Below are positions 41,401 to 52,006 of a stretch of DNA of 64,000 bases, piece after piece. A program made the position numbers and the translations under genes. Origin of the DNA: a virus. Taxonomy: Duplodnaviria > Caudoviricetes. Each line of letters starts with the position of its first letter. The stretch's first letter is position 1. The DNA is taken from IMG/VR virus record IMGVR_UViG_3300025401_000648. One strand, written 5' to 3'. The notes beneath the pieces were generated by a model that ran no database searches, was not told where the DNA came from, and worked only from the letters and a program-made list of their open reading frames with translations.

Positions 41401-42731
41401 TTGGCGCATTTAGTGGCGGTGTCAGTCAAGTTCAAACTCAGGCCAATGCCGCTAACGCAACTAACTACTTGACGTTTGTTAGTGCTAATAACGCAAGTCC
41501 ATCAGCACAGTCAGTATATACTACTAGTACCCATGTTATCAACCCAAGTACTGGTTATATAGGTATTGGTACTAGTAATCTTGTTTCGCCATTAAACGTA
41601 TATGCCACTCAGGCATTGGGTGGCACTGCTGGCAACTATACTCCAGTATTGTCAACGCAAGCAAGTGGCGGTACTAGCAACAATGTGTACTTTCAAGAAT
41701 GGCGTACTAGAGCTAGTGCTGGTACAGATTGGACAACAGAAAAAATTACCCACGGAGTTTGGGTTGATGCTTCGTTCACTACTCCTGCTACAAGTTTAAC
41801 TTGGCACGAACGATATCCTAACGCAGGCACGCAGGCATGGGGTAATGGCGCATCTACCTTTATGTTCCTTAATGGCAGCGGGTATTTGGGTCTGGGTATA
41901 ACTAACCCAAGTTATCAATTGGTTGTATCTAATGCTGGTGCCGCTGGTATAGAAATCAGCCCAACTAGTGGTATTAACAGCGGCGGATTCGTACAGGCCT
42001 ATAATAGATCCACATCAGCGTATTTTGATTTAACATATTATGCTACGGCTCATCATTGGACCAATGGCAATACTGAAGTTTTACGATTAACTAGTGCTGG
42101 TCAATTAACCTTAGGAACTACTAGCCCATATACAACTGGCGGTACAGCGGCTCTAACAGTCTATGACGCAGGCGCAGGTAGCAGTCCTTCCATTGCTGTT
42201 GGCGCAAGTAGCAGTGATGAAATGTATGTGAGAAGATTGTCAGCTGGTAACTATCAACTACAATCTGTACAGTCTGGTGGCAATGCGGGTAGTATACAAC
42301 TACAGCCCTATGGCGGTGGCGTATTAATTGGTACAGCCACTCCTGGAAGTTACACACTACAGGTTGTTGGCAGTTTTGCGGCTTCAACCAAATCTTTCGT
42401 AATTGAACATCCAACACGTCCAGGATACGACCTACGTTATGGTAGTTTAGAAGGACCAGAAAACGGTGTTTATGTACGCGGCAGACTAAAGGGCAATAGG
42501 ATTGAACTTCCAGAATACTGGACTAAATTAGTCGATCCTGACTCAATTACTGTAAACTTGACCCCAGTAGGCAAACATCAAAAATTATATGTTGAAGAAA
42601 TTAAAGACAATGTGATTATCATAGGTAATGATAACTTGTTTGGTAAAACTGTAGACTGCTTCTACACAGTGTTTGGCGAACGCTGTGATGTTGAAAAACT
42701 GGTAGTTGAAATCCAAAAACCACAAGTTTAA
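35424..42731 (+). CDS. Giant tail fibre with a collagen-like domain
   Basis: 2435 aa with repeated TLQSVT.RG.TT modules, 97 Gly-X-Y triplets, and a C-terminal KSFVIEHP...[15 protein letters not shown] domain seen at phage fibre ends. Confidence 0.8.
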   Translation: MATIENNFKVKNGLIVSTTASILSTASNALTVSGGANIGGNLVVQGSVQVNGTVTSIESTSVDIGTNVVYLSTLSTVSALQAIGSGIVVGTDPNNTTNTQTWISLTFDGSSNWASKGGIYPSTNNFYGLGSNSNAWSSLYVQTVVIKGLTTTTNGIMYVDASGTLRTTTATWNAGTGQIQGSITTATTATYAGNLLGGTVGAVPYQSNINQTTLLPIGMEGQVLAVSTSTGLPYWASLVGVTVSTATNFSGGGVGAIPFQLASGQTTFDDFYFRYSYPGSTASLLVTQNITVQSGSSATSQVTGALQVTGGVGVTGAIYAGNIYSNGSAVLSSTGTNTGYVSAVLGGVDISVSTTTGVVTVSDTSTLQSVTGRGNSTTNVVKILNTSASFSTQSGALIVTGGVGIGGTVYAGTMYSNGNQVLTSGGGGSGYVSSVTAGTDTAVTTSTGAVVVYSTATLQSITGRSNTTTFPIYAGQLYDNNNRVVTNVNPVNGTAISITNVTSTGTATTFTINNLGVTTLTTGSTGISVSTSTGSVSISNTDTLQLVTSRGNSTNQQIIITNTLSNTSSVANNALYVAGGIGANGGFNVNGNSVLTGNLYVTGFITGTNISLNTLVATSGTFYGNAIGANALYAGVLSPYDQFSQTIFQATANYNGYMQISVQNENSGNQASTDIVANADIGTDSTGYIDMGITSSLWDGTQLYSVGTAAGKTDGYLLVGQNPTVGRGNLVLATSTTGSNIKFLVAAPNTVTTPTPAQVAMVVNSVGTASTSTSNGTLVVYGGVGIGGTVNVGGNIYVNGNAVLTGSGTGTSYVTSVNAGTDTAVTTSTGNIIVYSTATLQSLTNRSNSTTNAIYANGLYDTNGRVVTSVTPSGSTYISVSNVVTTGTATSFTINNLGVTNLSGSLNLGASNSTGSITLTNLGVTATIAGTAISVSTNTGSVTITNLGVTATIASTYIGVSSNTGSVTITNLGVQTLTAGTDTVVTSNTGTVTVYNTSTLQSVTNRGATTTNAINITNATQSTSSTTGALTVTGGVGVQGNIYGGLIYSNGQQVLTSGGGGGTGYVISIVAGTDTAVSTSSGNIVIWDTSTFQSVTGRGATTTNIVYITNATQSSSSQTGALQVTGGVGVQGNLNVGGSITASTITAQTLIVAYTTVTQTLVTSPDIFTITNTTTSISSTTGALVVSGGVGVGGNLNVFGTITRNGITVGYGYSGSFGYTGSQGYTGSQGYAGSAGYNGSVGYYGSVGYTGSQGYAGSQGYAGSAGYTGSAGYNGSVGYTGSQGYAGSAGYNGSAGYNGSVGYTGSQGYAGSAGYNGSVGYTGSTGPQGPQGYTGSMGYWGSVGYTGSLGYSGSVGYTGSLGPQGPQGYSGSMGYWGSVGYTGSVGAQGPQGYTGSIGPQGPQGYTGSIGPQGPQGYTGSIGPQGPQGYTGSIGPQGPQGYTGSIGYSGSAGYWGSVGYTGSIGYAGSVGYSGSVGYTGSIGPQGPQGYTGSIGYSGSAGPSNIINATSTASGTLYPVMVGTIGSNQTAYATTNLSYNAATNSIYIAGDLYIDGQQTYINKTNLATGDATLTFSTSSASAATAANSGIQVGTTSTPYASFLYDGSANWVVGGSAASGLKAANITDTGLSANQVTYAGTGGLLSGSNNLTWNGTTLTVTGTLSVGGTVSLTQPTPINFANGQYIKDNGSGGFVQYSGAAFNINAVGGITMSPTSTSYAQQQGALLSVNGGAYVNGTTTSTNFYSTTGATNPGASTAGFGHVANGAYGGGYLLVDGTYNWGIWDVTGVLEIGNGTSGGALTPRLYITPTGGIAFTSTTGYGTAGQYLMSNGNASPSWNTISVSTVNLTQTSSGATPQYMVFANTSTGSATLEANGPTGLVYIPTGNKFGIGTSAPADTDSYGGNNVLDVYGPVYMRQNGSAGNRMSMGVSGGIAYVDVTTGLGMQTQISGGTVMNLDTSGNLQISANWTAPQQGAKLSVQGGGYFSSIVTATTFVGAFSGGVSQVQTQANAANATNYLTFVSANNASPSAQSVYTTSTHVINPSTGYIGIGTSNLVSPLNVYATQALGGTAGNYTPVLSTQASGGTSNNVYFQEWRTRASAGTDWTTEKITHGVWVDASFTTPATSLTWHERYPNAGTQAWGNGASTFMFLNGSGYLGLGITNPSYQLVVSNAGAAGIEISPTSGINSGGFVQAYNRSTSAYFDLTYYATAHHWTNGNTEVLRLTSAGQLTLGTTSPYTTGGTAALTVYDAGAGSSPSIAVGASSSDEMYVRRLSAGNYQLQSVQSGGNAGSIQLQPYGGGVLIGTATPGSYTLQVVGSFAASTKSFVIEHPTRPGYDLRYGSLEGPENGVYVRGRLKGNRIELPEYWTKLVDPDSITVNLTPVGKHQKLYVEEIKDNVIIIGNDNLFGKTVDCFYTVFGERCDVEKLVVEIQKPQV
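39057..39929 (+). repeat. Uninterrupted collagen-like (Gly-X-Y)97 tract
   Basis: Counted from the translation; alternating GY(T/A/N/S/W)-GS(Q/A/V/I) with GPQGPQ blocks. Confidence 0.95.
39633..39740 (+). repeat. Three near-identical 36-nt tandem repeats
   Basis: GGATATACAGGAAGTATTGGCCC(G/A)CAAGGACCGCAG x3, encoding [12 protein letters not shown]. Confidence 0.95.
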
Positions 42732-42767
42732 CTTTATGGTAAATATAAGACAATATGGAATTAACAA

Positions 42768-45700
42768 ATGGCACTGACCGATAAAGACATTGTAATAACC
42801 CCCAATAAAGGCGCATCTGCCACAACGCCATCCACAATTAACTTTGTGGGAGCAGATGCCAGTAATAGTGCTTCGATAACACTACAGGTATTCAATAATG
42901 GTACTACTGGTATACTGGGATTTTTAGGTAATACCACAGGTAACCCTGCGATGGCTATTACTGATACTGCTACGCAAAAAGTAGCAATTGGTAGCACAGC
43001 TACATCGGGGTCTTACACACTTACTGTGACAGGTACTGCTGGTGCTAGCACAGCCATGTATGCGCCGGTATATTATGATACCCTGGGTAGTGGAGCTTAT
43101 TACATTACATCAGCAGGTACTAGCCACGTACAGGCAATTAGTGCTTTAGGCACTGAAACTAGCACACATGATCCTTATGGTTTAATTGCAGTTACTCGTG
43201 GTACCGGCGCTAACTATTCATATTATGGTTTAACAAGACAATCAAGCGTTGGTATGGGTATAGGTATCGATACCAGCAATAACTTATGGTTTGGTGGAAC
43301 AAGTGGTGGTATTAATGCCACAAGATCCAGTATATATTTTTACACTGATCTTAGTGGTAACGTTTATGCTAACACCAGTTTCCGTGCTCCTACATTTTAT
43401 TCATCCAGCAACTCTGCTTATTATCTAAATCTTAACGCAGCCACTGGAACAATTTTAAGCACTGCGGCCAGCACAGATACATTAGGTTACAATCCCACAT
43501 ACGGCATTTATATTGGTGGCACCCCCAGCGGCGTTTACTTATACAACGGTGGAACTAGTGGTTATCCTAACAGTCCTGTTTGGGTCAAAGGTGGCACTGC
43601 TTATGCTGTGTTAACCAGCGGTAATGTTGGTAGCTATGCTATTGGTACTTCTGGCGGCACAATTACTGGTCAGTTAGATATTAGTTTTAATAACAGCACT
43701 GTTATTTCTACCTATGCCAACGTAGGTAATGCACAACTAAGATTAGATAACCCTACAGGCAGTCAGTCACACATTGTTTGGACTTACAATGGTTCTTTAC
43801 TAGGAACTCAGCGTGTTGATAGTTCAGGCAACATGGTTTTAAATGCCAATAGCAGTAACTTTTATTTTAACAATGATTTAGCAGTAGGGTCATCTATTAA
43901 ATTAGTTGCTGTAAACGCTACATTTTTAACTGCTAATAACAGCGGTAACGTAACATTCCCGCAAAACTTTTATGGCCCAAGATTTTACGATAGTAATAAC
44001 AATGGTTATTATGTAGTGCCTAGTGGAACTTCTGTGTTAAATGCCGCTAACTTTGGTGGCACTGTACAGTTTGGTCCAACTTCTGGTTCAAATTATAATG
44101 AAAACATGCGACTAGTTCGTAGTAGTGCTAACAGTTATGTTAGTATTGCCATGGCAGCAGACACCAGTGGAAGTGGCCAAACTTCTGGGCAATTTACACA
44201 TTTGGTTTATCCTAGCGGAACCAACGGCGGTGCGTTTGCTATTCGTGCTAATAGTACAGATGCTCTACAAATTAGCACGACACCAAACGTAACTATTCCC
44301 ACCGGCGGTTTATATGTATCAACAGGTAATAGCTATGTCTACGGTACAATGTATGATTATCAAAATGCCGCATACTATGTCAAACCCAGTAGCACCAGTA
44401 ACCTAAATATTGGTTATTTTGCTGGATACTTACAAGCATCCACAGTGCTACAGGTTAACGGCAGCGGATTGGCTGTACCAACCAGTTACAAAAACGTACC
44501 TGGCATAACCCCTGGTACAAGCGGCGCCAGTTGGATACGTGGTAGTAGTACTATCATTCAAGCAGGCGCATCAAACACGGACGGCACTGGTTGGGCTTAC
44601 GGCAGCAGATTTTCTAGTGTGGACTACGGTGACGGCTTAGCCACTAGTGTAGACGTATTATATGCGGGTCCTTCATGGACTAACGATGTAATGACATGGA
44701 GTGGTCGTAGCGGACGTATTGGCAACGTTGGTATTAATAACACCGCCCCTACACACAAATTACACATATATACAGGCAATACTGAAGACGGTATTATCAT
44801 TGATGCCAATACATATCCAGAAATCGTGTTTGCTACACAGGGTACCACTAGAGGTTATGTAGCATGGAGTAACGCAAACGGTGGTTATGGAGCAAGTAAC
44901 GCCGGCATGGTTATGCAGTCAACTGGTAACTATACTACATTTATCACGGGCAACGGCAGTTATCAACCATTGATATTAAGTACGAACAATGCCTACTTGA
45001 CTGGCACGCTATATGATAACTCTAACTCTGCTTATTATCTAAAACCCAGTGGTACCAGCAACCTCAGTACGTTATACACATACGAGTTCTTAAAGAGACA
45101 CAACAGATACAACACCGGCGAAGCATACCCAGTAAGCTATCACAGTGATGGTGATCTAGTATGGAGTCTTGATCCAACTTGGGACAACACTGAACTTCAA
45201 ACGTATTTTGGTAACAGCAATGTCAGCTGGGTAGCAGACAGCACAGCACCAGGCGGATATGCTATCAGTATTGTGGGTGGAGTCAACGTGGGTTCAAATA
45301 CCTACGGTTCTGGCTTCCCAATGATTCCAATTGACAGTGTGGACGATATGTTCTACATGGAAGTTTGGATCAGAAACGTTAGCGGCAGTAACGGCCACTA
45401 TATGGGTTCTATTGATTACAACGAAAGTTTTGGTAACCTAGGCGGTAACCCAGGTAGTTACGGTTATTGGGTTATGGTTGGTAATAACCCCGGCTCTAGC
45501 TGGACAAAATACTACGGATATATCACTGGATTCAGCAGTAGTACTTACGGTACATTTAAAACTGGCGCAAAATATTGGACACCACAGGCATTGTTCAATT
45601 ATACTGGTGGCGGAACAACTTATATCAGCGGATGGAAAGTCCTACGTGTAAACCGTCAAACTTCCATGGTTATTAACACACCTAACGGCAGTAGCTCGAC

Positions 45701-48700
45701 AGGTAGTAGTAACTCAATGGGTCAAACATTGACCATTAAACGTAGTAATACTTCTCTGTTGAATTTGGGATCATATCCAGGTGCTTGGACCAGTGCGCTA
45801 CAGATTCAGGACAACAACGCAAGTAACTGGATTTGGATGAGCCCGCTGACAGGCAATACCCCAACATTGGCCACAAACTACGGTAGCATGTATTTTTACA
45901 TGACTGGTCAAAACACAGGTTTTGCTGGCGCCATGTACAACAACAGTTTTAGAAGTCCAATATTCTATGACTGGAACAACACTGGTTACTATGCAATCCC
46001 AAGTGGTACGTCTGTCTTTAATGCGTTAACTATCAACTCTGGTAGTGTAAACAGCAACGGCCGTTGGCAGTTTGGTCCAAACAGTTCGTGGGGACAATAC
46101 TTATTGATTGGTGGAAACGGTATTGACGGTAGTTATGCGCAAATTGCGGCTACTAGTGGTAACCTACACTTAGAAAGTTTAAGTAGTAGTTATGGTACAT
46201 ACTTAAACTACTATCGTAATGGTCCTATATACTTAATGGGTACAATTTACGCTAACGGTACAATTTACGATAACAATAACACTGGTTATTATGTTGTTCC
46301 CAGGGGTACTAGTAACCTTAACGTATTGTACACTGTTACTCATTACAACTATGCTGATATTGTAACTAACCCTAACGGTAATAACAGTACTCGATATTAT
46401 GGTGGTATTAGTTTCTGGACCAGTGCTGGCGCAAGTACCAGTTACATGGCTTTCAAATACGGTCCATACTTAAACGGTACACACGGTTATCAGTCAGATG
46501 GCTATGGTACATACTTTAGTATGGATACTAGTGGTCGTGCTTGGGTATTCTACAACGCAAGTACAAATGCCAACGTGGCCAGTATTACCAACAACGGTGA
46601 GGCCTACTTCAACGGTAGATTATATGCTGGTACTAGTACAACAAGTCCTATTTTCTACGATGCCAACGATAGTACTTATTTTGTAGATCCTAATAGCCGT
46701 AGCCGTTTAAGCAGTATCGACTACGGTAACAGTGGTTACTATTTTGCCAGCGGTGATTGGGGATGGAGACATAATACTCCCTACGGTTGGATTGAATTTG
46801 GTCCTGCTAACGGTAGCTACGCACACATTTACTCTAACAGTGCTCCATTCTACTTCAACAACAACGTATTCCACGGTGTATTCTATGATTATAACAATAG
46901 TGGATATTATTGTTCTCCAGCTGGTACTTCAAACTTCAGTACGTTATATATGCAGGGTAACTTTATCCCAGCCAGTAGCAACGGTGGCGGTGGTAACTTC
47001 TACTTTGGTAACCAATGGGGTGGAAACGTAGGTGGGAATAACTCTGTAACTGGTATTGGCTACAATGGCGGAAGTGGAAGTCAATTGTTCACATTCAGTT
47101 CGGGTCCTGGGCAACTGTCTGTCCAAGTAGACGGAAGTTTGTTTGCCGGTGACAACGCCAACAGCTGGAACCCCATAGGCATGAACGCCAGCTCCAACGG
47201 TTATCTCAGTATTGCCAACAGTATGCAGAACGGGGGCAGTTCATATACCAACGGAAGTCACTACGTAAGTGGTTACTATTACGACTATGCCAACACTGGA
47301 TATTACCTAAAGGCCAGCGGACAATCTGTATTAAGTTATCTATCTACACGCAGTGGTGCTATGGGTATATATCTAGGTTACTCAGACGAAGGCTCCATCA
47401 GTACCTACAACTTGGTGGGCTTGGGCTATAACGGCAACGACACCAACTACGCGATCTTCAAACCCACGGGTGGTTGGACACAGCCCTTATACATCCAGTT
47501 TTATACTGGTATAAGACACTACAGTCACCATGCTTATGACTCTGGCACCAGTTTCTGGAACATAGCCACTGGTACAAGAATGATGTGGATTGGAGGTGGT
47601 GATGACAACGTGCGTATACAAAGTAGTTTATTCATGTACGGTGCCCACTATGACTACAACAACACAAGCTATTACGTACAACCAGCCGGTGACAGCTACA
47701 TGTATTCAATATTTTCCGGTGGTGGTGTTCGCTTTGCCAGTAGTCAAGGTGACAGAGTCAGTGGCGCACCATGGTACGGTATAGGTCAAAGCAACGTGGG
47801 TGGTTGGATTGGCGCTGGTATGGTACAAGTGGCCAGCTACTATGGTCTGCGACTACGTGGTAATGCCACAGTATTGGATCTAGATGGTCCTAACTATGGT
47901 AACAGCTGGATGTATGCCAGCGGTACTAACTTTGCCATTGACAACCAAATTCGTGCCAACATCTACTACGATATTAATAATACTGGCTACTATATGCAGC
48001 CACGTGGTACTAGTGTGTTCTCTTACATACAGGCCAACAACTATATGTATAGTGCCAATCAGATATATGCCACTATCATGTATGACACCAATGATAGTGG
48101 TTACTTCTGCGACCCTAACGGTAATAGCAGATTAAATTATATTAATGCCAACGCCTTGGGTGGGCCAACTTCCAGCGGAGCACAGCTTGCGGGATCCTAT
48201 GGCGGTGCTTACAACTACTACAGTGATTTCTACAACACTACTGCTGAACGCTATAGCTATGTGGGAGATATTCCAGGCGGCACAGCCAACCCAGGCAATA
48301 CATGGTGGTTCAATACCAACTATCGTCATACCAACGGCGGCGGCTATTGGGGCACACAGGTAGCATGGGGTTGGGAAGATAACGCCAATAGACTGGCACA
48401 GCGTAACGTTAGTAACGGTAACTGGAGTGGTTGGGTCTACTACTTAAACAGTGGCAACTATACGGGCTATAACAGCTATGGCAGCATCTATTTTACCATT
48501 GGTTACGATAATAATAACAGTGGTTATTATATTGACCCAAATAGCACTAGCCAGTTAAGTTATGTTTTGGCAGACAACTGGTTTAGACCACAGGGACAGA
48601 CTGGACTGTACTTCCAAAGTTATGGTTATGGGCTAGTATCAGTCAACGGCTATGGAAGTTATGGTAATGTATCCACATACGGCGGTGGAGTAAACGGCTG

Positions 48701-49226
48701 GCAAGGCTATAATATCCAGTATGGTAATACCACATTCATGGGTAATGGCGGTACATGGGGTATCTATAATGCCGGCGGCGGCTGGGCAATCTACGGACAA
48801 CCCGGTAATTCCACTGTGGGTATTAATGGTGGTAACAACAGTAGCTATGCGTTATTTGTCAACGGTACAGTATATGCCACCAGTAACGTGTATGCTTATT
48901 CTGATGCTCGTAGTAAAGAAAATATTATCACAATTGATAATGCTCTAGGAAAAGTTACACAACTTCGCGGGGTATACTACAACAGAACTGATCGACCAGA
49001 GGGCGAAGAATCAGGATACACTAGTACTCTAAATTCTAGAGAATTAGGTGTTATTGCTCAAGAAATAATGGCGACAGTTCCAGAAGTAGTTTCATACTCT
49101 AAAAATACTGATAGATATGGAGTTAACTACGGTAACTTGGCTGGACTTTTCATTGAAGCTATCAAAGATTTGAAGAAAGAAATTGAGGATCTGCGATCTG
49201 AGTTAAATATGCTTAAAGGAAATTAA
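42768..49226 (+). CDS. Long tail fibre / receptor-binding protein with a C-terminal intramolecular chaperone (peptidase S74-like)
   Basis: 2152 aa, Y/G/N/S-rich, about 14 YD.NN.GYY..P.GTS.L repeats. C-terminal SDARSKENI..IDNAL.KV.QLRGV.Y...GVIAQE..coiled coil. TAAATA at 42740-42745. Confidence 0.85.
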   Translation: MALTDKDIVITPNKGASATTPSTINFVGADASNSASITLQVFNNGTTGILGFLGNTTGNPAMAITDTATQKVAIGSTATSGSYTLTVTGTAGASTAMYAPVYYDTLGSGAYYITSAGTSHVQAISALGTETSTHDPYGLIAVTRGTGANYSYYGLTRQSSVGMGIGIDTSNNLWFGGTSGGINATRSSIYFYTDLSGNVYANTSFRAPTFYSSSNSAYYLNLNAATGTILSTAASTDTLGYNPTYGIYIGGTPSGVYLYNGGTSGYPNSPVWVKGGTAYAVLTSGNVGSYAIGTSGGTITGQLDISFNNSTVISTYANVGNAQLRLDNPTGSQSHIVWTYNGSLLGTQRVDSSGNMVLNANSSNFYFNNDLAVGSSIKLVAVNATFLTANNSGNVTFPQNFYGPRFYDSNNNGYYVVPSGTSVLNAANFGGTVQFGPTSGSNYNENMRLVRSSANSYVSIAMAADTSGSGQTSGQFTHLVYPSGTNGGAFAIRANSTDALQISTTPNVTIPTGGLYVSTGNSYVYGTMYDYQNAAYYVKPSSTSNLNIGYFAGYLQASTVLQVNGSGLAVPTSYKNVPGITPGTSGASWIRGSSTIIQAGASNTDGTGWAYGSRFSSVDYGDGLATSVDVLYAGPSWTNDVMTWSGRSGRIGNVGINNTAPTHKLHIYTGNTEDGIIIDANTYPEIVFATQGTTRGYVAWSNANGGYGASNAGMVMQSTGNYTTFITGNGSYQPLILSTNNAYLTGTLYDNSNSAYYLKPSGTSNLSTLYTYEFLKRHNRYNTGEAYPVSYHSDGDLVWSLDPTWDNTELQTYFGNSNVSWVADSTAPGGYAISIVGGVNVGSNTYGSGFPMIPIDSVDDMFYMEVWIRNVSGSNGHYMGSIDYNESFGNLGGNPGSYGYWVMVGNNPGSSWTKYYGYITGFSSSTYGTFKTGAKYWTPQALFNYTGGGTTYISGWKVLRVNRQTSMVINTPNGSSSTGSSNSMGQTLTIKRSNTSLLNLGSYPGAWTSALQIQDNNASNWIWMSPLTGNTPTLATNYGSMYFYMTGQNTGFAGAMYNNSFRSPIFYDWNNTGYYAIPSGTSVFNALTINSGSVNSNGRWQFGPNSSWGQYLLIGGNGIDGSYAQIAATSGNLHLESLSSSYGTYLNYYRNGPIYLMGTIYANGTIYDNNNTGYYVVPRGTSNLNVLYTVTHYNYADIVTNPNGNNSTRYYGGISFWTSAGASTSYMAFKYGPYLNGTHGYQSDGYGTYFSMDTSGRAWVFYNASTNANVASITNNGEAYFNGRLYAGTSTTSPIFYDANDSTYFVDPNSRSRLSSIDYGNSGYYFASGDWGWRHNTPYGWIEFGPANGSYAHIYSNSAPFYFNNNVFHGVFYDYNNSGYYCSPAGTSNFSTLYMQGNFIPASSNGGGGNFYFGNQWGGNVGGNNSVTGIGYNGGSGSQLFTFSSGPGQLSVQVDGSLFAGDNANSWNPIGMNASSNGYLSIANSMQNGGSSYTNGSHYVSGYYYDYANTGYYLKASGQSVLSYLSTRSGAMGIYLGYSDEGSISTYNLVGLGYNGNDTNYAIFKPTGGWTQPLYIQFYTGIRHYSHHAYDSGTSFWNIATGTRMMWIGGGDDNVRIQSSLFMYGAHYDYNNTSYYVQPAGDSYMYSIFSGGGVRFASSQGDRVSGAPWYGIGQSNVGGWIGAGMVQVASYYGLRLRGNATVLDLDGPNYGNSWMYASGTNFAIDNQIRANIYYDINNTGYYMQPRGTSVFSYIQANNYMYSANQIYATIMYDTNDSGYFCDPNGNSRLNYINANALGGPTSSGAQLAGSYGGAYNYYSDFYNTTAERYSYVGDIPGGTANPGNTWWFNTNYRHTNGGGYWGTQVAWGWEDNANRLAQRNVSNGNWSGWVYYLNSGNYTGYNSYGSIYFTIGYDNNNSGYYIDPNSTSQLSYVLADNWFRPQGQTGLYFQSYGYGLVSVNGYGSYGNVSTYGGGVNGWQGYNIQYGNTTFMGNGGTWGIYNAGGGWAIYGQPGNSTVGINGGNNSSYALFVNGTVYATSNVYAYSDARSKENIITIDNALGKVTQLRGVYYNRTDRPEGEESGYTSTLNSRELGVIAQEIMATVPEVVSYSKNTDRYGVNYGNLAGLFIEAIKDLKKEIEDLRSELNMLKGN

Positions 49227-49229
49227 CAA

Positions 49230-49574
49230 ATGGCGATTACTAAAACTTCAGAAGTAGTGGGTATTAGATTCCACGCTGCATCAACACAGCCTACAATAGG
49301 CTTGGTTGCTGAAAAAGAAGATGTATTTTTTGTAGATAGTCTAGTTAGTTATACGGACTCTGATACCAATGTTACAACAACACAGCTAGTATCAAATAGA
49401 TTGAAAGCAAACAGTGATATTTCCAGTGAATCCACTGTAACTCAAGCTGTTTGGGGTATATTTTTTGCGGATACAGCACAAGAACAAGCGGCAATTGCCT
49501 TGGCGGCAGCGGCAGCTTTGGCTGCGGCAACCAGTGCTACAAACACAGTTACCAACATAACTACATCTACATAA
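49230..49574 (+). CDS. Hypothetical fibre-associated protein
   Basis: 114 aa directly after the fibre gene, with an RBS. Confidence 0.6.
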   Translation: MAITKTSEVVGIRFHAASTQPTIGLVAEKEDVFFVDSLVSYTDSDTNVTTTQLVSNRLKANSDISSESTVTQAVWGIFFADTAQEQAAIALAAAAALAAATSATNTVTNITTST

Positions 49575-49614
49575 ATAAACAATAATAAGCCAACATATCT
49601 TTAGGAGACAAATA

Positions 49615-50025
49615 ATGGCAACTGATATTCCATCATCAACAGTATTAACTTTCACTGACGGGTCAACCAGCACCGTTACGTACAGTTGGTCTGTTCACAC
49701 ATTAAAAACCAAAACAGAAGGTACTAATACCAATTCTGTAATTCATGCTCAGTGGAATCTAACTGCTACTGATCAACACGGAAATGAAGGCAGTTTCCGC
49801 GGAGCAACACCATTTACCAGCATTGGATCTCCAGATCCGTTCATTCAATTCAGTGATCTAGATGAAGATACTGTATTGAGTTGGGTTAAAGATATAGTAG
49901 TTGGCAGTTATGCCGAACACATCCAAGAGCAAATTTTTAAAGCCTTAGATGAAAAAGTTAATGCCACTGCTGAACCAACATTGCCATGGGCAAGTACATC
50001 TACAGTTGCTCCTCCTCCAGTTTGA
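49615..50025 (+). CDS. Hypothetical protein (possible fibre assembly)
   Basis: 136 aa, AGGAG RBS, TAAATA at 49572-49577; FIQFSDLDEDTVLSWVK motif seen in small fibre-adjacent phage proteins. Confidence 0.65.
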   Translation: MATDIPSSTVLTFTDGSTSTVTYSWSVHTLKTKTEGTNTNSVIHAQWNLTATDQHGNEGSFRGATPFTSIGSPDPFIQFSDLDEDTVLSWVKDIVVGSYAEHIQEQIFKALDEKVNATAEPTLPWASTSTVAPPPV

Positions 50026-50102
50026 TAACTCAAGATATTAAATCTGGCCAATCCTAAAGTATAAGTATTGTTACCTATTTTGCAAAATAAGGAGAAAAAG
50101 GT

Positions 50103-50318
50103 ATGAATGATCAAATGATCGAATTAAGTGTTGACATCAACACATTTAACATTATCATCCAAGGTTTGGATGAAATGCCTCACAAACTAAGCCGTCGTGT
50201 AATCGACGAACTAGCTCGTCAGGCACAACCACAAGTTCAACAACAAGGTGGCGCAATGGGCATGGCCCCAAATGCTGATGCTCCTCAAGGTCCATTGGGT
50301 AGCAAAGTTGTTAACTAA
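50103..50318 (+). CDS. Small hypothetical protein
   Basis: 71 aa, AAGGAG RBS, TAAGTA at 50062-50067, followed by a terminator. Confidence 0.65.
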   Translation: MNDQMIELSVDINTFNIIIQGLDEMPHKLSRRVIDELARQAQPQVQQQGGAMGMAPNADAPQGPLGSKVVN

Positions 50319-50338
50319 TCAGTGATTGACTGAAAACT

Positions 50339-50366
50339 AAAAAGCCCCATTCATTGGGGCTTTTTT
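50339..50366. terminator. Bidirectional Rho-independent terminator
   Basis: AAAAAGCCCCA-TTCAT-TGGGGCTTTTTT between convergent genes. Confidence 0.85.
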
Positions 50367-51552
50367 ATTTGTCAAAATAATTATATCCTAATTCTCGATC
50401 AAATATTCGCCATACATAGACATCAAATGGCGCAATGATCATATTACCGCCTTGTCTTTTTAAATCTTCATAATTATTTTTGTAGTAATCGACGGCTGTT
50501 TGAAATTGGGGTGTGTTCTTTAAATAATAAGATGTTTTTTCTTTGGTTGTTTGCCAAAATTTGGTATCATAAGTAGACCCACCGTGATATATGAATCGAT
50601 AAAACATAATCAATGATTCCATATCTTCTCTAGTGTATTTTATCAAGGCTTTTTTGGATACTTTGCCATTAATCATCAATAGATATCTCATGTTTAGGCT
50701 AGTGTAATATTCCATTGACATAGCTTCCATGGGTTCAAAGAACATAAATCTATTGCCATTTTTTAATATTCTACCATCTATCAAATTATCAGTGGCATAA
50801 TAAGGATTGAATGCGTACTCTCTAAAATTAGTTTCTTCAGGATCTAATTGTAAAATATCACAAACGTCTTCAATAGCATCATTCTTAGATGTTATGTCGC
50901 TGTTGTACATATATCCCCACCCTTGTCTAGATTGAAGTGGGATGCCAAACATCCATCCATGTTTGTGTGCCCAATGATGTGTGTAGTTCCAATCTCCAGG
51001 CTTCTGTATAGCAGTGACCAGTGCGCTATTCAGCGGTAGATCAATCATGGTATACCCCTTATAGTCTTTGGGGAACCCACCGCAGTCAATAACATAATCG
51101 TATTGACTTATTTGATTATTGATGGAAACTTCAACAGATCGTTCAGTGTTTTTAAAATAATCCACAGTACCTTCATGAATAACAAATCTAGTAGGATACT
51201 TTTCTTTAAACCTCATGAAGGCAAAATCTTTAAGACGTGTATTATCAAAATGCAACGCATAGGCCTGGGGGATTAACCAACTATGAAAACTATGCTCACG
51301 CCAATTTGAATATTTGACACTGAATTTTACCGTGGCATCTAAATGATGACTGTCCCTAGCAATAATAAAATCTGTGCCTTTGAATAGAGCATTGGGCGCA
51401 AGAGTACTGGTTGCTTCACCAACCCCTAAGATTGGTATTTTTGGATCATGTACAGAATGTATTTCCCAATCGTCACCCAACCCTTCTAGCATTTGACTCA
51501 GTGTCAAAATACCAGCAGAGCCTACTCCAATTACTAACATTCTTTTTTTCAT
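50365..51552 (-). CDS. Flavin-dependent halogenase (tryptophan halogenase family)
   Basis: GVGSAG FAD motif, GVGEAT, DATVK (catalytic Lys position), GWMFGIP (variant of WxWxIP), F.EP.EA.S. Confidence 0.82.
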   Translation of the reverse strand: MKKRMLVIGVGSAGILTLSQMLEGLGDDWEIHSVHDPKIPILGVGEATSTLAPNALFKGTDFIIARDSHHLDATVKFSVKYSNWREHSFHSWLIPQAYALHFDNTRLKDFAFMRFKEKYPTRFVIHEGTVDYFKNTERSVEVSINNQISQYDYVIDCGGFPKDYKGYTMIDLPLNSALVTAIQKPGDWNYTHHWAHKHGWMFGIPLQSRQGWGYMYNSDITSKNDAIEDVCDILQLDPEETNFREYAFNPYYATDNLIDGRILKNGNRFMFFEPMEAMSMEYYTSLNMRYLLMINGKVSKKALIKYTREDMESLIMFYRFIYHGGSTYDTKFWQTTKEKTSYYLKNTPQFQTAVDYYKNNYEDLKRQGGNMIIAPFDVYVWRIFDRELGYNYFDK

Positions 51553-51565
51553 AGTTAATTATAAA

Positions 51566-52006
51566 TTAAATTAAGTCCAAGAGCAATTCTAATTTGGCCT
51601 TGACCACTCGATTGTTGAGACTGTTTTTTACCCCCGAATGCAAGGGTTTGGGCCACGCACTGTAACTACACCAAGCATAGCTAGTATGTTCGTCATTTAG
51701 TACAGGAATAAACTCCTTTTCAACAATCAACACATAGGTATTGTATTGAAAATTATCATCGCTGGACACAAATAATTCTAACGGAACTATTTTTTTTATT
51801 TTAGGGGGTTTGCCCACTTCTTCCAATATTTCTCTATGTAGCGCATCAACAGCAGTGACATCGGTGGGTTCTTTTTTGCCACCAACTAGTCCCCAAGTAC
51901 CAGATGTTTTACCTTGATTTCTTAACAGTAATAGAAACCTTTTGGTGTCCTCAGCAAGGAATAGTCCGCCACTACAAATAATTTGATTTAAAGGATTAAC
52001 CGCCAT
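51566..52006 (-). CDS. NUDIX hydrolase
   Basis: GGKKEPTD.TAVDALHREILEEVG Nudix box. Confidence 0.9.
   Translation of the reverse strand: MAVNPLNQIICSGGLFLAEDTKRFLLLLRNQGKTSGTWGLVGGKKEPTDVTAVDALHREILEEVGKPPKIKKIVPLELFVSSDDNFQYNTYVLIVEKEFIPVLNDEHTSYAWCSYSAWPKPLHSGVKNSLNNRVVKAKLELLLDLI

Noticed and set aside
44500-48900. Diversity-generating retroelement target (many AAC/TAC codons)
   Set aside because: No reverse transcriptase and no repeat pair differing only at adenines was seen in the window. A template elsewhere in the genome cannot be excluded.
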